A stretch of DNA of 64,000 bases from an uncultured Acidobacteriota bacterium (lineage in GTDB: Bacteria; Acidobacteriota; Thermoanaerobaculia; Multivoradales; UBA5704). Within the stretch, counting starts at the first letter, position 1. Every line of letters starts with the position of its first letter. The stretch spans positions 2,560,001 to 2,624,000 of the forward strand of contig CAVYRF010000002.1 in assembly GCA_963770895.1 (NCBI GenBank). Direction: 5' to 3'. The position numbers and the translations under genes were made by a program. Below the pieces are notes generated by a model. It saw only the letters and a program-made list of their open reading frames with translations. It did no database searches and was not told where the DNA came from. Below, piece after piece: positions 22,400 to 31,476 of this stretch.

Positions 22400-23047
22400 T
22401 CAGTCGAGCACGACGAGCGCCACGCGGCGGTTTTGGGCGCGGCCGTCGCGGGTTTTGTTGTCGGCGACGGGCGCGGTCTTGCCGTAGGAGATGACGTTCA
22501 TGCGGTGCAGGGGGAAGCCTTCCTTCTGGTTGAGGTAGCGATAGACCGCCTGGGCGCGGGCCAGGCCGAGCGCTTCGTTGTACTTGTCGGAGCCGACGTT
22601 GTCGGTGTGGCCCTGGACTTCGACGTAGACCGGCTTGTTGTCGTCCTTGACCTTCTTGGCGAAGTCGTCCAAGGCCTGCTGGGCGCCGGGCGACAGCTGG
22701 CTGCGGTTGAAGCCGAACTTGACGTTCTGGTCGGTCAGGACGGTTTCGTAGAGAAACTTGCCCTCGGCCAGCTTGCCGGCTTCCTGCGCGCGCTGCAAGG
22801 CTTCCTGCGCGGTCTTGGACAGCTCACCCACCTTCTGGTCGGTGGCGGCGATCTTCTGGTCTTCGCCGTTCAGGCGCTGCTCATGGTCGCCCAACTTGGT
22901 CTGGGTCTGCTCGACCTGGCCCTGCACCTGGTCCACCCGGGTGTTGACGGTGCCGGTCTGCTCCTGCACATATTTCTTGGTGGCGCAACCAGTTGCCGGC
23001 ACCACCAACAGCGCAGCGGCGAGGAGAGCCCACGATTTGGTCTGCAT
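22400..23047 (-). CDS. OmpA-family lipoprotein with an N-terminal coiled coil
   Basis: AAGGAGG SD; ATGC lipobox; FGFNRSQL, VQGHTDNVG..YNEALGLARA, SYGK..P, NRRV. Confidence 0.9.
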   Translation of the reverse strand: MQTKSWALLAAALLVVPATGCATKKYVQEQTGTVNTRVDQVQGQVEQTQTKLGDHEQRLNGEDQKIAATDQKVGELSKTAQEALQRAQEAGKLAEGKFLYETVLTDQNVKFGFNRSQLSPGAQQALDDFAKKVKDDNKPVYVEVQGHTDNVGSDKYNEALGLARAQAVYRYLNQKEGFPLHRMNVISYGKTAPVADNKTRDGRAQNRRVALVVLD

Positions 23048-23119
23048 GAGATGTACCTCCTTGGACATGAAGCGTGAAGAGGAGAACGAGCCCCTTTTGA
23101 GCGCGTTGCCGCCTCCGGT

Positions 23120-24070
23120 TCAGCCGCCGGCAGGCGGCGGTCCTTGATAGCCCTGGCGGAAGATCACGGTCGCCCGGTCTCCCAGCCCTTTGGCGCGAAG
23201 CTCGATCCGCAGGTGGCGATAGGCGCGCGCCCCCTGGCGGGTCGTAAATCCCAGGACGTACTGGTGCCGAAGGTCTGCTTCGATGGCCTGCAGAGCCTTC
23301 GGGAGATCCTGCGGGCCGCCGATCGGATAATAGCGGCCGCCGGTGGTCAGGGCGAGCAGGTTGAGCACGTCGGCATAGCGGTACTCCTTTTTGCCGTCCG
23401 CCGAAAGCGCGTACGGGCTGCCGGAGCCCAGGCCGAGCACGTAGACCGGCACCTCCGCCGCGCGGACGATCTGGCGCGCCTGGTCGGGCTGCAGGGTGCT
23501 GGCGTTGTCCAACCCGTCGGTCACCACGACGGCGAAGCGCCGGCTGTTGTGCCCTTCCGCGGAGATGTCGGGGATCCAGGCGACGGCATCGTGCAGCGCC
23601 GTCGTGCCGTAGCCCTGCCACAGGCTGACCGCGTCGCCCAGGGCGCCTAAGTCGGTGGTGAAGGGCACTTCGACCTGACCGCGGCCGCCGGCAAAGGAGG
23701 CGATCGCGAACTCGTCGCCGGCGCCGGCCTTGCTCAGAAAGTAGCGCACCACGGCGCGGCTCTCTTCGATCTTGCCGCCGGTTCCCATGCTGCCCGACAG
23801 GTCTTGCAGGAAGACCAGGCTGGTGGGCGCTTCGGTGTTCTTGTCGAAGCTTTGAATGGGCACCGGCCGGTCGTCGACATAGAGGCGGAAGTCCTTGCCC
23901 TCCAAGTTTTGGGCGTACCCCGATCGGGTCCGGACGAGCACCGGCACCAGCACCTGCGTCACGGACAGGGTATCCTCGAACGCCGGCGTCGACGGGGCGG
24001 GTGCGAGCGCCGCCGGGGGAGGGGGCGCGGCCAATAGCAACAGAGGGAGCGTCCAGCGCACCGGATTCAT
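23120..24070 (-). CDS. Exported VWA-domain protein (VWFA-related acidobacterial type)
   Basis: Signal peptide; MIDAS motif DLSGSM, TALHDAV, VTDGLDNAS, TGGRYY, LRHQYVLGF. Confidence 0.85.
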   Translation of the reverse strand: MNPVRWTLPLLLLAAPPPPAALAPAPSTPAFEDTLSVTQVLVPVLVRTRSGYAQNLEGKDFRLYVDDRPVPIQSFDKNTEAPTSLVFLQDLSGSMGTGGKIEESRAVVRYFLSKAGAGDEFAIASFAGGRGQVEVPFTTDLGALGDAVSLWQGYGTTALHDAVAWIPDISAEGHNSRRFAVVVTDGLDNASTLQPDQARQIVRAAEVPVYVLGLGSGSPYALSADGKKEYRYADVLNLLALTTGGRYYPIGGPQDLPKALQAIEADLRHQYVLGFTTRQGARAYRHLRIELRAKGLGDRATVIFRQGYQGPPPAGG

Positions 24071-24156
24071 AGCAAAAATCGCATGTGCAAGAGGCAGGCC
24101 AAAGTCAGCACCCCTGAGATCCGCGGCCGCCGTGCCGCCGCACCGCCGGAGAGACC

Positions 24157-24414
24157 ATGAGCGACGAGATCAATATCCGCAATATCTCAGTAGTTTGCGG
24201 CAACTGCCACACCTACCAGACGCTGACCTCGTTTTCGCGCCGCGAAGGCTGGAACGTCTATGTATATGAGTGCGAGAACGACCGCTGCGACCCCGCGGTG
24301 ACGCGCACCCTGATCGAGGTGCCGCGCGAGATGGATTCCTTCGCGCGCCGCGATCCCGGCTGGCGCGGAGGCGGCAAGCACGGCGCCGAGGGTGACGGCA
24401 ATCCGACCGATTGA
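24157..24414 (+). CDS. Small Cys-containing hypothetical protein (possible Zn ribbon)
   Basis: GGAG SD; 85 aa with CGNC...ECENDRC. Confidence 0.65.
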   Translation: MSDEINIRNISVVCGNCHTYQTLTSFSRREGWNVYVYECENDRCDPAVTRTLIEVPREMDSFARRDPGWRGGGKHGAEGDGNPTD

Positions 24415-24490
24415 GGCGGTTGCGGCGGCTCCCGGCGCCGAAGGTGACGGCAATCCGACCGACTGAGGCGGTTGCGGCGGCTCCCGGCGC
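24381..24490. repeat. 52-bp tandem duplication (2 copies plus 6 nt) spanning the stop codon of the upstream gene
   Basis: Units 24381-24432 and 24433-24484 differ at 2 positions. Confidence 0.9.
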
Positions 24491-24631
24491 TGTTCGTGCG
24501 CGCGGTCGTGCCGTTCTGGCACATGCTGAATCCGGTGTGCTACGCTGCGCCGCCGGGCCGGGTCCGCCGGCACTCCATCCACCGCCGCGCCGCGGTCTGC
24601 ACGGCTGTACGGATCACGCAAGGGATTCCCA

Positions 24632-25696
24632 ATGAAGACGATCGTTCACATCGTCGGCACCGGCACGATCGGCGAGCCGCTGCTGGGTCTCTTCACCGAC
24701 TTTCGCGAGCGGATGAAGATCGATGAAGTGACGTTCCACAAGCGCACGCCGCTGCCCTCCGACCGGGCGCGGCTCAACCACCTGATCGCGCGCGGCGCCC
24801 ACCTGGCCGTCGAATCCGACGTGATCGGCGAGTTCGAGCGGCTCGGCCACAAGGTGACCTTGACCGCCGAAGAAGCCCTGGCGCGCGCCACCGTGGTGGT
24901 CGACTGCACGCCGGCCGGCAACGAGAACAAGGAAAAGTTCTACCGCGGCCTCGCCGGCCCCAAGGGGTTCCTGGCGCAGGGCAGCGAGTTCGGTTTCGGC
25001 AAGCCCTACGCCTACGGCATCAACGACGAAGTGCTGGTGCCGGGGCAGGACCGCTTCGTGGAAATCGTCTCTTGCAACACCCATAACATCGCCACCTTGA
25101 TCAAGACGCTGTGCGACGACGGCGAGGCCGGCTACAACCTGGGGCGCGGGCGCTTTGTCTGTATGCGGCGCGCCAACGACGTGTCGCAAGCCGATGCCTA
25201 CGTGCCGGCACCCAACGTCGGCAGGCACGACGACGCCGAGTTCGGCACCCACCATGCCCGCGACGCCTGGCACGTGTTCGAGACCCTGGGCAAGGATCTG
25301 GACCTGTTCTCGAGCGCGGTCAAGCTCAACACCCAATACATGCATTCGATCTGGTTCAACCTGGAGCTGAACCGCGACACCACGGTCGAAGAGGTGCGGC
25401 ACCGCCTGCAGGAGAACCCGCGCGTGGCGGTGACCGACAAGCGCTACGCCAACCTCATCTTCAGCTTTGGCCGCGACCACGGCTACTATGGCCGTATCCT
25501 GTCGCAGACGGTGGTGGTGCTGCCGACGCTCACGGTGCACCGCAAACGCGAGGTATACGGCTTCTGCTTCACTCCCCAGGACGGCAACTCCCTGCTCTCG
25601 TCGATCGCCGCCGCCCTGTGGCTGATCGAACCCGACTGGAGCAGCGTGGCGAGCCGGCTGCATGCGGTGAACCGCTGGCTGTACCGCGAGATCTGA
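24632..25696 (+). CDS. Archaeal-type (class II) glyceraldehyde-3-phosphate dehydrogenase-like oxidoreductase
   Basis: GTGTIG Rossmann motif, VVDCTP, IVSCNT catalytic Cys, MRRAND, THHARD, NTQYMH. These parallel the archaeal GAPDH motifs (GYGTIG, VSCNT, RRAAD, SHHGPD, TTLMH). Confidence 0.75.
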   Translation: MKTIVHIVGTGTIGEPLLGLFTDFRERMKIDEVTFHKRTPLPSDRARLNHLIARGAHLAVESDVIGEFERLGHKVTLTAEEALARATVVVDCTPAGNENKEKFYRGLAGPKGFLAQGSEFGFGKPYAYGINDEVLVPGQDRFVEIVSCNTHNIATLIKTLCDDGEAGYNLGRGRFVCMRRANDVSQADAYVPAPNVGRHDDAEFGTHHARDAWHVFETLGKDLDLFSSAVKLNTQYMHSIWFNLELNRDTTVEEVRHRLQENPRVAVTDKRYANLIFSFGRDHGYYGRILSQTVVVLPTLTVHRKREVYGFCFTPQDGNSLLSSIAAALWLIEPDWSSVASRLHAVNRWLYREI

Positions 25697-26724
25697 ACCC
25701 GCGTCCGGCACGCCCGCGCGGCGACGACGATGCCGCGCTGCGCCCAGCCGAGCTGTGCCTGGGCGACCTGACCATCGAGGGGCTGTCGCTGGCCGGCGAC
25801 CAGACCTGGTTCCGCGTCCGCCCGCCCGGCCTGGCCTTCGACGTCGGCAGGGGCGCGGCGCAGCTCGCCGGCGCGCACGACATCTTCCTGTCCCACGGAC
25901 ACCTCGACCACGCCCTGGGCCTGCCCTACGTCCTGTCGCAACGGTCTCTGCACCAACATGCCGCCACCCGCGTCTTCTGCCCGGCGCCGATCGCCAAGCC
26001 GCTGACCATGCTGATCGAAGCCGCCGCCCAGCTGGAGCGCGTCCACTACGCCTGCGAGATCGTGCCGCTCGCCGTGGGCGATCGCGTCCCGGTGGCCCGC
26101 GACCTCACCATCGAGGCCTTCGCCACCGATCACGTCGTCCCCAGCCTGGGCTACCACCTGCATCGCCGCAAGCAGCACCTCGCCGCCGCCTTCGTCGGCC
26201 TGGCCGGCAACGAGCTCGCCGCCCTCCGCCAGCGCGGCGTCCAGATCGCCGAAACTGTCGAAGAGCAGTGGCTGACCTACTGCGGCGACACCGGCCCCGC
26301 CGTCTTCGACCTCAGCCCAGCCCTGTTCGACAGCCGCATCCTCCTGCTCGAATGCACCTTCCTGGATGCTGACCTGCCGGGAATGTCGCGACCGGCGGCA
26401 GCCGCGACTGACTTGCAAGGAATGTCGCGACAGGCGACAGCCGCGACTGACCTGCCGGGAATGTCGGGCCAGGCGACAGCCCCGACCGACCTGCCAGCCC
26501 CGACCGAGCTGCCAGGAGGCGGCGCGCGCGACAAGGGCGAGCTGTACAAGCACCTGTACTTTTCCGACATCGAACGGGTTGCCGGGCGGTTCCGCAATCA
26601 GCACATCGTGCTGCACCACCTGTCGCGCCGTTACAGGGTCGCGGATCTGCGCGCCGCGCTCGCCGCTCGTCTGCCGGACCTGGCACCGCGCGTTCACCTG
26701 ATGACAGAGGGCTCGGCACCATGA
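25693..26724 (+). CDS. Metallo-beta-lactamase-fold, RNase Z-like hydrolase (start uncertain)
   Basis: FDVG, LSHGHLDH, TDHVVPSLGY, YCGDT, LECTF, KH, LHHLSRRY. There is no ATG/GTG/TTG between the upstream stop and the conserved region; a CTG at 25693 overlaps that stop. Confidence 0.78.
   Translation: MNPRPARPRGDDDAALRPAELCLGDLTIEGLSLAGDQTWFRVRPPGLAFDVGRGAAQLAGAHDIFLSHGHLDHALGLPYVLSQRSLHQHAATRVFCPAPIAKPLTMLIEAAAQLERVHYACEIVPLAVGDRVPVARDLTIEAFATDHVVPSLGYHLHRRKQHLAAAFVGLAGNELAALRQRGVQIAETVEEQWLTYCGDTGPAVFDLSPALFDSRILLLECTFLDADLPGMSRPAAAATDLQGMSRQATAATDLPGMSGQATAPTDLPAPTELPGGGARDKGELYKHLYFSDIERVAGRFRNQHIVLHHLSRRYRVADLRAALAARLPDLAPRVHLMTEGSAP
26371..26518 (+). repeat. In-frame 39-bp tandem repeat (3 copies plus partial units)
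   Basis: Encodes DLPGMSRPAAAAT / DLQGMSRQATAAT / DLPGMSGQATAPT / DLPAPT / ELPG. Confidence 0.85.
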
Positions 26725-28997
26725 CTCCTGCCGGCGGTCCGCGACCGCCCAACCGAGGTTCCCGCGGCGGCCCGCGCGGCCCACGCGACCCCAATGCCCG
26801 CGGCGGACCCGGCGATCGGGGCGGCCGGCCGGGCTCGACTCGCCCCGGCGGCCCGGGCCGGCCGGGTGCCCCCGCAGACCCGGAAAGCCGCGGCCGCTCA
26901 AGGGCCGGCGCTGGCCCCCCGGGTCCCGCGGTTCCCGGTGAGCGCAGCCGGGAGCGTGACCGCGGCGATACAGGTCCCGGACCCGGAAATCCATCCACCC
27001 GCGGTGGCGGCGCCTATGGCCGTGGCCGTGGCGCCGCCTCCGGCGGCGACCGTAGCGGTGCCGGCGGAGGCTCCGCCGAACGTCCGGCCGATCGCGCCCG
27101 CGAGCGCGGGCGGACCAGTGAAAGAGATCGGCCAAGCCGCGGCGGCCCGCGCGGTCCCGGCGGCCCACCCCCCCGCGGCGGCTCCGGCTACCAGGGCTCG
27201 TCTGGCCCCCGCGGTGGCCCTGGCACCCACGGCGGTGTTGGCACCGGCGGCCCCCGCGGTCCCGGCGGCCCACCCCCCCGCGGTGGTCCTGGCTACCAGG
27301 GCGCTCCTGGCTCCCGCGGTGGTCCGGGCGACCGTGGCGGGTCTGGCGACCGCAGTCGTCCGGGCGGCCGGACCGGGCCGGGCGGCCAAGGTCGCCCCGG
27401 TGGTCGGAGTGGACCTCGCGACCGTGATCGGCCGGGCGACCGGGACAGAGCGGAGGCGCCGCCAAGCCCGAGCGACCGGGACAGGGGGGAGGCGACGGCA
27501 AGCCCGGATCGCCGCGACAGCTCGCCTGGCCGTGGCTACGACCGCGGTCGCGCCGGCGGCGGTGCGGGCCACGGCGGCCGTGGCGGCTCCATTGGCCGCG
27601 GTCGGCCGGGTGGCGAGCGCGGCCCCGCCGGCGGCCGCTCCGCGGGCCCACCGTGGCGCAAAGGGACGCCGGCCAGCGATCGGGGGGAGGGGCGGCGGCG
27701 CGAGGGGCCTGCCGCGGGACCGCGCGGGAGGGCTCCCCATCCTGGATCGGCGGGGGGAGACCGGCGGGTGCGCCGGACGCCACCGGCGGAGCGGGTGCCG
27801 GCTCCGGCGCCGGTGATGCGGTTTGCGGCGGTGGATGAGCTGGAGGTGGTGGTCGAGAAGCTGGTGGCGGGGGGCGAGGGGCTGGCGCGGGTGGATGGCG
27901 TGCCGCTGTTCATCCCGCGTGCGGCGCCCGGCGACCGGCTGCGGGTGCGGGTGGTGGAGCGCCATACGGACTATGGGCGGGCGGCGATCGTCGAGGTTCT
28001 GCAGGGAGGGCCTGGGCGGCGCCCCGATCCGTATCCGGAGCTGGCGCGCACCGGGATCTGCGACCTGCAGCACATCGACGATGGGCTCCAGCCGCTGCTG
28101 AAGGCGGCGGCGGTGCGCGAAACCCTGGAGCGGCTGGGGCGCTTCGCGCTGCCGGCCCACATCGAGGTGTCGGCGGGGCAGCCTTGGGGCTACCGGCTGC
28201 GCACGCAGCTGCATACCGCACCCGACCCGGCGGGAGGGCCTGCCCGCGTCGGGTACCGCGCGCGCGGTACCCACGAGCTGATCGCGGTGGCGCGATGTCC
28301 TTTGCTGGTGCCGGAGCTGGAGGAGCTGCTGGGAGAGCTGCCGGTGCTGCTCGCCGGCGTGCCCGGGCGGCGGCTCGACCTGGCGGCCGGCGACGGCGGG
28401 GCGGTGACGGCGGCGCCGCTGGTGGAGGGGTTGCCGCACGGCGAAGTGTCGATGACCGTTGGCGAGTTCTCGTATGCCTACGATGCGCGATGCTTCTTCC
28501 AGGGCCACCGGCAGCTGCTGGCGCGGTTCGTGGAGCTGGCCGTGGGGACGGGGGAGGGGGAGGAGGCCTTCGACCTGTACGGCGGGGTGGGTCTGTTCAG
28601 CCTGCCGCTCGCGCGGCGCTACGGCAGGGTGGTGAGCGTCGAAGCCGACCGCGTGGCATCGCGCTATGCGCGCAACAACGCGCGGACGCACCGGTTGCCG
28701 CAGCTGCAATGCGTCGCCCAGGTGATCGAGAGCTGGATCGAGACCCTGCCCGAGCGGCCGGATCGGGTGGTGGTCGATCCGCCGCGCGGCGGGTTGTCGG
28801 CGCGCGTGCGGCAGGTGCTGGTGGCGCGGCGCGCCCGGCAGCTGACCTACGTTTCATGCGATGCGGCGACGCTGGCGCGCGACCTGCGACAGCTGGCCGC
28901 CGCCTACACCATCCAGAGCATCCATCTGATCGACCTGTTCCCGCAGACCGGCCACATGGAGACGATCGTGCAGCTGGCAGGCTTGGACCCTGCCTGA
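26721..28997 (+). CDS. TRAM-domain RNA (uracil-5)-methyltransferase, RlmD/TrmA family, with a long Gly/Arg/Pro-rich N-terminal extension
   Basis: TRAM (VEKLVAGGEGLAR..PGD), FFQ, DLYGGVGLFSL, VDPPRGG, YVSCD, DLFPQTGHME. ATGA overlap with the upstream gene; an alternative start exists at 27813/27816. Confidence 0.88.
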   Translation: MTPAGGPRPPNRGSRGGPRGPRDPNARGGPGDRGGRPGSTRPGGPGRPGAPADPESRGRSRAGAGPPGPAVPGERSRERDRGDTGPGPGNPSTRGGGAYGRGRGAASGGDRSGAGGGSAERPADRARERGRTSERDRPSRGGPRGPGGPPPRGGSGYQGSSGPRGGPGTHGGVGTGGPRGPGGPPPRGGPGYQGAPGSRGGPGDRGGSGDRSRPGGRTGPGGQGRPGGRSGPRDRDRPGDRDRAEAPPSPSDRDRGEATASPDRRDSSPGRGYDRGRAGGGAGHGGRGGSIGRGRPGGERGPAGGRSAGPPWRKGTPASDRGEGRRREGPAAGPRGRAPHPGSAGGDRRVRRTPPAERVPAPAPVMRFAAVDELEVVVEKLVAGGEGLARVDGVPLFIPRAAPGDRLRVRVVERHTDYGRAAIVEVLQGGPGRRPDPYPELARTGICDLQHIDDGLQPLLKAAAVRETLERLGRFALPAHIEVSAGQPWGYRLRTQLHTAPDPAGGPARVGYRARGTHELIAVARCPLLVPELEELLGELPVLLAGVPGRRLDLAAGDGGAVTAAPLVEGLPHGEVSMTVGEFSYAYDARCFFQGHRQLLARFVELAVGTGEGEEAFDLYGGVGLFSLPLARRYGRVVSVEADRVASRYARNNARTHRLPQLQCVAQVIESWIETLPERPDRVVVDPPRGGLSARVRQVLVARRARQLTYVSCDAATLARDLRQLAAAYTIQSIHLIDLFPQTGHMETIVQLAGLDPA

Positions 28998-29064
28998 GGA
29001 GTTGTCCCGTCCGAGGCACTAGATCGGTTGCCGTTGACAGCCGTCGCGTGTCTGAACAGATACG

Positions 29065-29685
29065 ATGGGGGGCGCGGCAACGCCGATGGGCGGCATGCAG
29101 CAGCAGGGAGACGACGTGCTGGGTTTGGCAAGCCGGGACGAAGGTCGGGAATCGGAGCTGCTGGCGGCGGTGGCGGCGGGGGATCGCGGCGCGGCCGAGC
29201 GCCTGGTGGAGTACACCTACCAGGGGGTCTTCGCCCTGCTGCGCCGTCTGTGCGGCGAATCCGACCTGGCTGCCGACCTGACGCAGGAAACCTACCGCCG
29301 TGCCTGGAGCGCCTTGGACAGTTTCCACGGCAAGGCGCAGTTTTCGACCTGGCTCTGTCGCATCGCCTACAACGTGTTCCTCAACCACCTGCGCCGGCCG
29401 CGGCGGCTGGTGCCGATGGACGACCAGACGGCGGCGGCGGTGCGCGACCCCGCGCCGGGTGTCGACAGTACGTTCGACCAGGCGGCCGAGGGGCAGCGGC
29501 TGCGCCGCGCCGTCCTCCTGCTGCCCGAAGAGCAGCGCTTCACCGTCATCGCCCTGTTCTGGGGCGACCGTTCGGTGCGTGAAGTCGCGCTCGCCGAAGG
29601 GGTGAGCGGGGTGGCGATCCGCAAGCGGCTCAAGCGGGCGACCGAAGCCCTGGCCCGCGTCCTGGCGACGGAGGAGGCGCCGTGA
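29065..29685 (+). CDS. ECF RNA polymerase sigma factor
   Basis: AADLTQET..AW, FSTWLCRIAYN, region 4 LP..QR...SVREVA..GVS..AIRKRL. Confidence 0.9.
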   Translation: MGGAATPMGGMQQQGDDVLGLASRDEGRESELLAAVAAGDRGAAERLVEYTYQGVFALLRRLCGESDLAADLTQETYRRAWSALDSFHGKAQFSTWLCRIAYNVFLNHLRRPRRLVPMDDQTAAAVRDPAPGVDSTFDQAAEGQRLRRAVLLLPEEQRFTVIALFWGDRSVREVALAEGVSGVAIRKRLKRATEALARVLATEEAP

Positions 29686-31403
29686 CCCGGCGGCAGGGCT
29701 CGCGACCGCCGCGGTCGCCGGGCTGGCCGGGCTGGCCGAGCTGGCCAAACCGGCGCGATCGCCGCCTGGCGCGCCGCCTGGCCGCGGTGGCGCGTCCCGA
29801 GGATCGCGAACCGCCGGCCGGGCTGCTGCGGCGGCTGGCGGACGACATCCCCGACCGCTGGCCGGTGCCGGGCGCGACCCTGCCGCCCGAGGCAGCGCCG
29901 GATCGCCGCTCCGGCGCGCCCGGTGGCGCGGCCCGCACGCGCTGGATGGTGGCCGCTTCCCTGGCTGCCGCGATCGCCGCCGGCGCCCTGGGGCTGCGGG
30001 TGCTGGAGCAGACCTTGGGCCAACCCGAAAGCCGCGGCTTCCACGCGCCGGCGGCGGGTCCTGTGCCGGCCGTGATCGCCGCCGCCGCGGCAGGCAAGGC
30101 CGGCGGGTCGCCGCACGCAGGGTCGGTGCGCCGCGCCGCCGCGCCGCCGGCGCCGGCAGCCGCGACACCGGCAGAGGCCGATCGGAGGGATCTCGCCGGG
30201 CTGCCGCCCGCGGTGGCAAGAAAGCAAGCCGCCCCGCTGCAGCCGCCGCCGGCGGAGTTGGAAGCGAAGCACGCCGCGCTTGCGCCGGCGCCGGCCGCCA
30301 AGGCGACGTCGGTGCCGCCGCCACCGGTCGCGGCTGCGCCTCCGGCGGTCCTCGGCCGGGTTGCGCCGCCGGCTCGGGACCAGGCCGCGGGCGCGGGTGC
30401 GGGCTCGGCCGGGATCCCGACCCAGGCACAGGCCCCCAGGGCGGCGTCGCAGGCCCCGCCGCCGCTGGTGGCTCCTTTGCCGCGCGCCGCGCCCGCTGCC
30501 GCCGAAAAAGAGAACAGGATTAACGTCGGTGGCAATGAGTCGGGGGCCGCCGGCCTCTATACGCCCGCGGCGCCTGCCGGCGCTTCGGAGGTCGACACGG
30601 CCGCGCAGCTGCAGCACGTCGGTGGAAACCTGGCGGGAGCGCCGCCGCGGCAAGCCAGCGCTTTGCGGGTTGGCATGCCCGACGGCTCGCTGCGCTCCAG
30701 CTTCGGCGACGAGAGCGGCACCGCGGCGTATCGCCGGCTGCGGCGAGAGCTGCTGGACGCCGGCCGCCTGCCGCACGTCGGCACCTCGCAGCTCGAAGAG
30801 CTGGTCAACGCCTTTCAGCCGCGAGCCATGCTGGCTTCCTCGCCGGGGCTGTCCGCCGAAGGCGCGCCGCTGCCCGAGAGGGCCGGCGCCTACCTGCTGC
30901 GCTTCGCCGGCCACGGCCTGGCCGTGCCGCCGGGCCAGGGGGCGGTGGTGGTGGAATTCGAGCCGGCCCTGGTGGCGCGCGCCCGCCGCCTGGGCGCCAC
31001 GGCCGACAACGGCAGCGCCGCGGCGCTCTACGAGATCGACCTGCGCCGCGACCAGGTGAAACAGGCAGTCGGCGCCGACACGGCGGCGGACCCCGCGGTC
31101 GCCACCCTGACGGTGCGCGCCGGCGCCGCGGCGGGCGACGGCGCCGGGCAGGTGCGCGTGGTGCGCCTGTCCGACCTGCGCCCGTCCCTGGCCGTGGCAT
31201 CACCGGCGCTGCGGGTGCAGGGCCTTGCCGCGCGGTTCGGCGAAGCGCTCGCCGCGCCGGCCGGCGTGTCGCCGGAGCGCCTGCAACAGCTGCGGGCCGA
31301 AGCGCAGGCGCTGGCCGCGGAGCTGACCGCCGACCCCCGCGCCGGCGAGCTGCGCGACCTGATCGCCCGCGCCGCCGAGATCGCCGCCCCGCCGCGGCCT
31401 TGA
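29682..31403 (+). CDS. Putative membrane-anchored anti-sigma factor with degenerate YfbK-like segments
   Basis: GTGA overlap with the sigma gene; single TM (WMVAASLAAAIAAG); Pro/Ala linker; YRRLRRELLDAGRLP...LEELVNAF; AALYEI; C-terminal ELRDLIARA. Confidence 0.65.
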   Translation: MTRRQGSRPPRSPGWPGWPSWPNRRDRRLARRLAAVARPEDREPPAGLLRRLADDIPDRWPVPGATLPPEAAPDRRSGAPGGAARTRWMVAASLAAAIAAGALGLRVLEQTLGQPESRGFHAPAAGPVPAVIAAAAAGKAGGSPHAGSVRRAAAPPAPAAATPAEADRRDLAGLPPAVARKQAAPLQPPPAELEAKHAALAPAPAAKATSVPPPPVAAAPPAVLGRVAPPARDQAAGAGAGSAGIPTQAQAPRAASQAPPPLVAPLPRAAPAAAEKENRINVGGNESGAAGLYTPAAPAGASEVDTAAQLQHVGGNLAGAPPRQASALRVGMPDGSLRSSFGDESGTAAYRRLRRELLDAGRLPHVGTSQLEELVNAFQPRAMLASSPGLSAEGAPLPERAGAYLLRFAGHGLAVPPGQGAVVVEFEPALVARARRLGATADNGSAAALYEIDLRRDQVKQAVGADTAADPAVATLTVRAGAAAGDGAGQVRVVRLSDLRPSLAVASPALRVQGLAARFGEALAAPAGVSPERLQQLRAEAQALAAELTADPRAGELRDLIARAAEIAAPPRP

Positions 31404-31476
31404 TCCCGTTCGGTCGCACCCGCGCCGGGCGCCCGGTCCCGGCCGCCGGCAGGGAGCGGTGAGTGGTGCCTGCCGG

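Noticed and set aside
24381-24490. CRISPR array
   Set aside because: Only two adjacent copies, no spacers and no cas genes.
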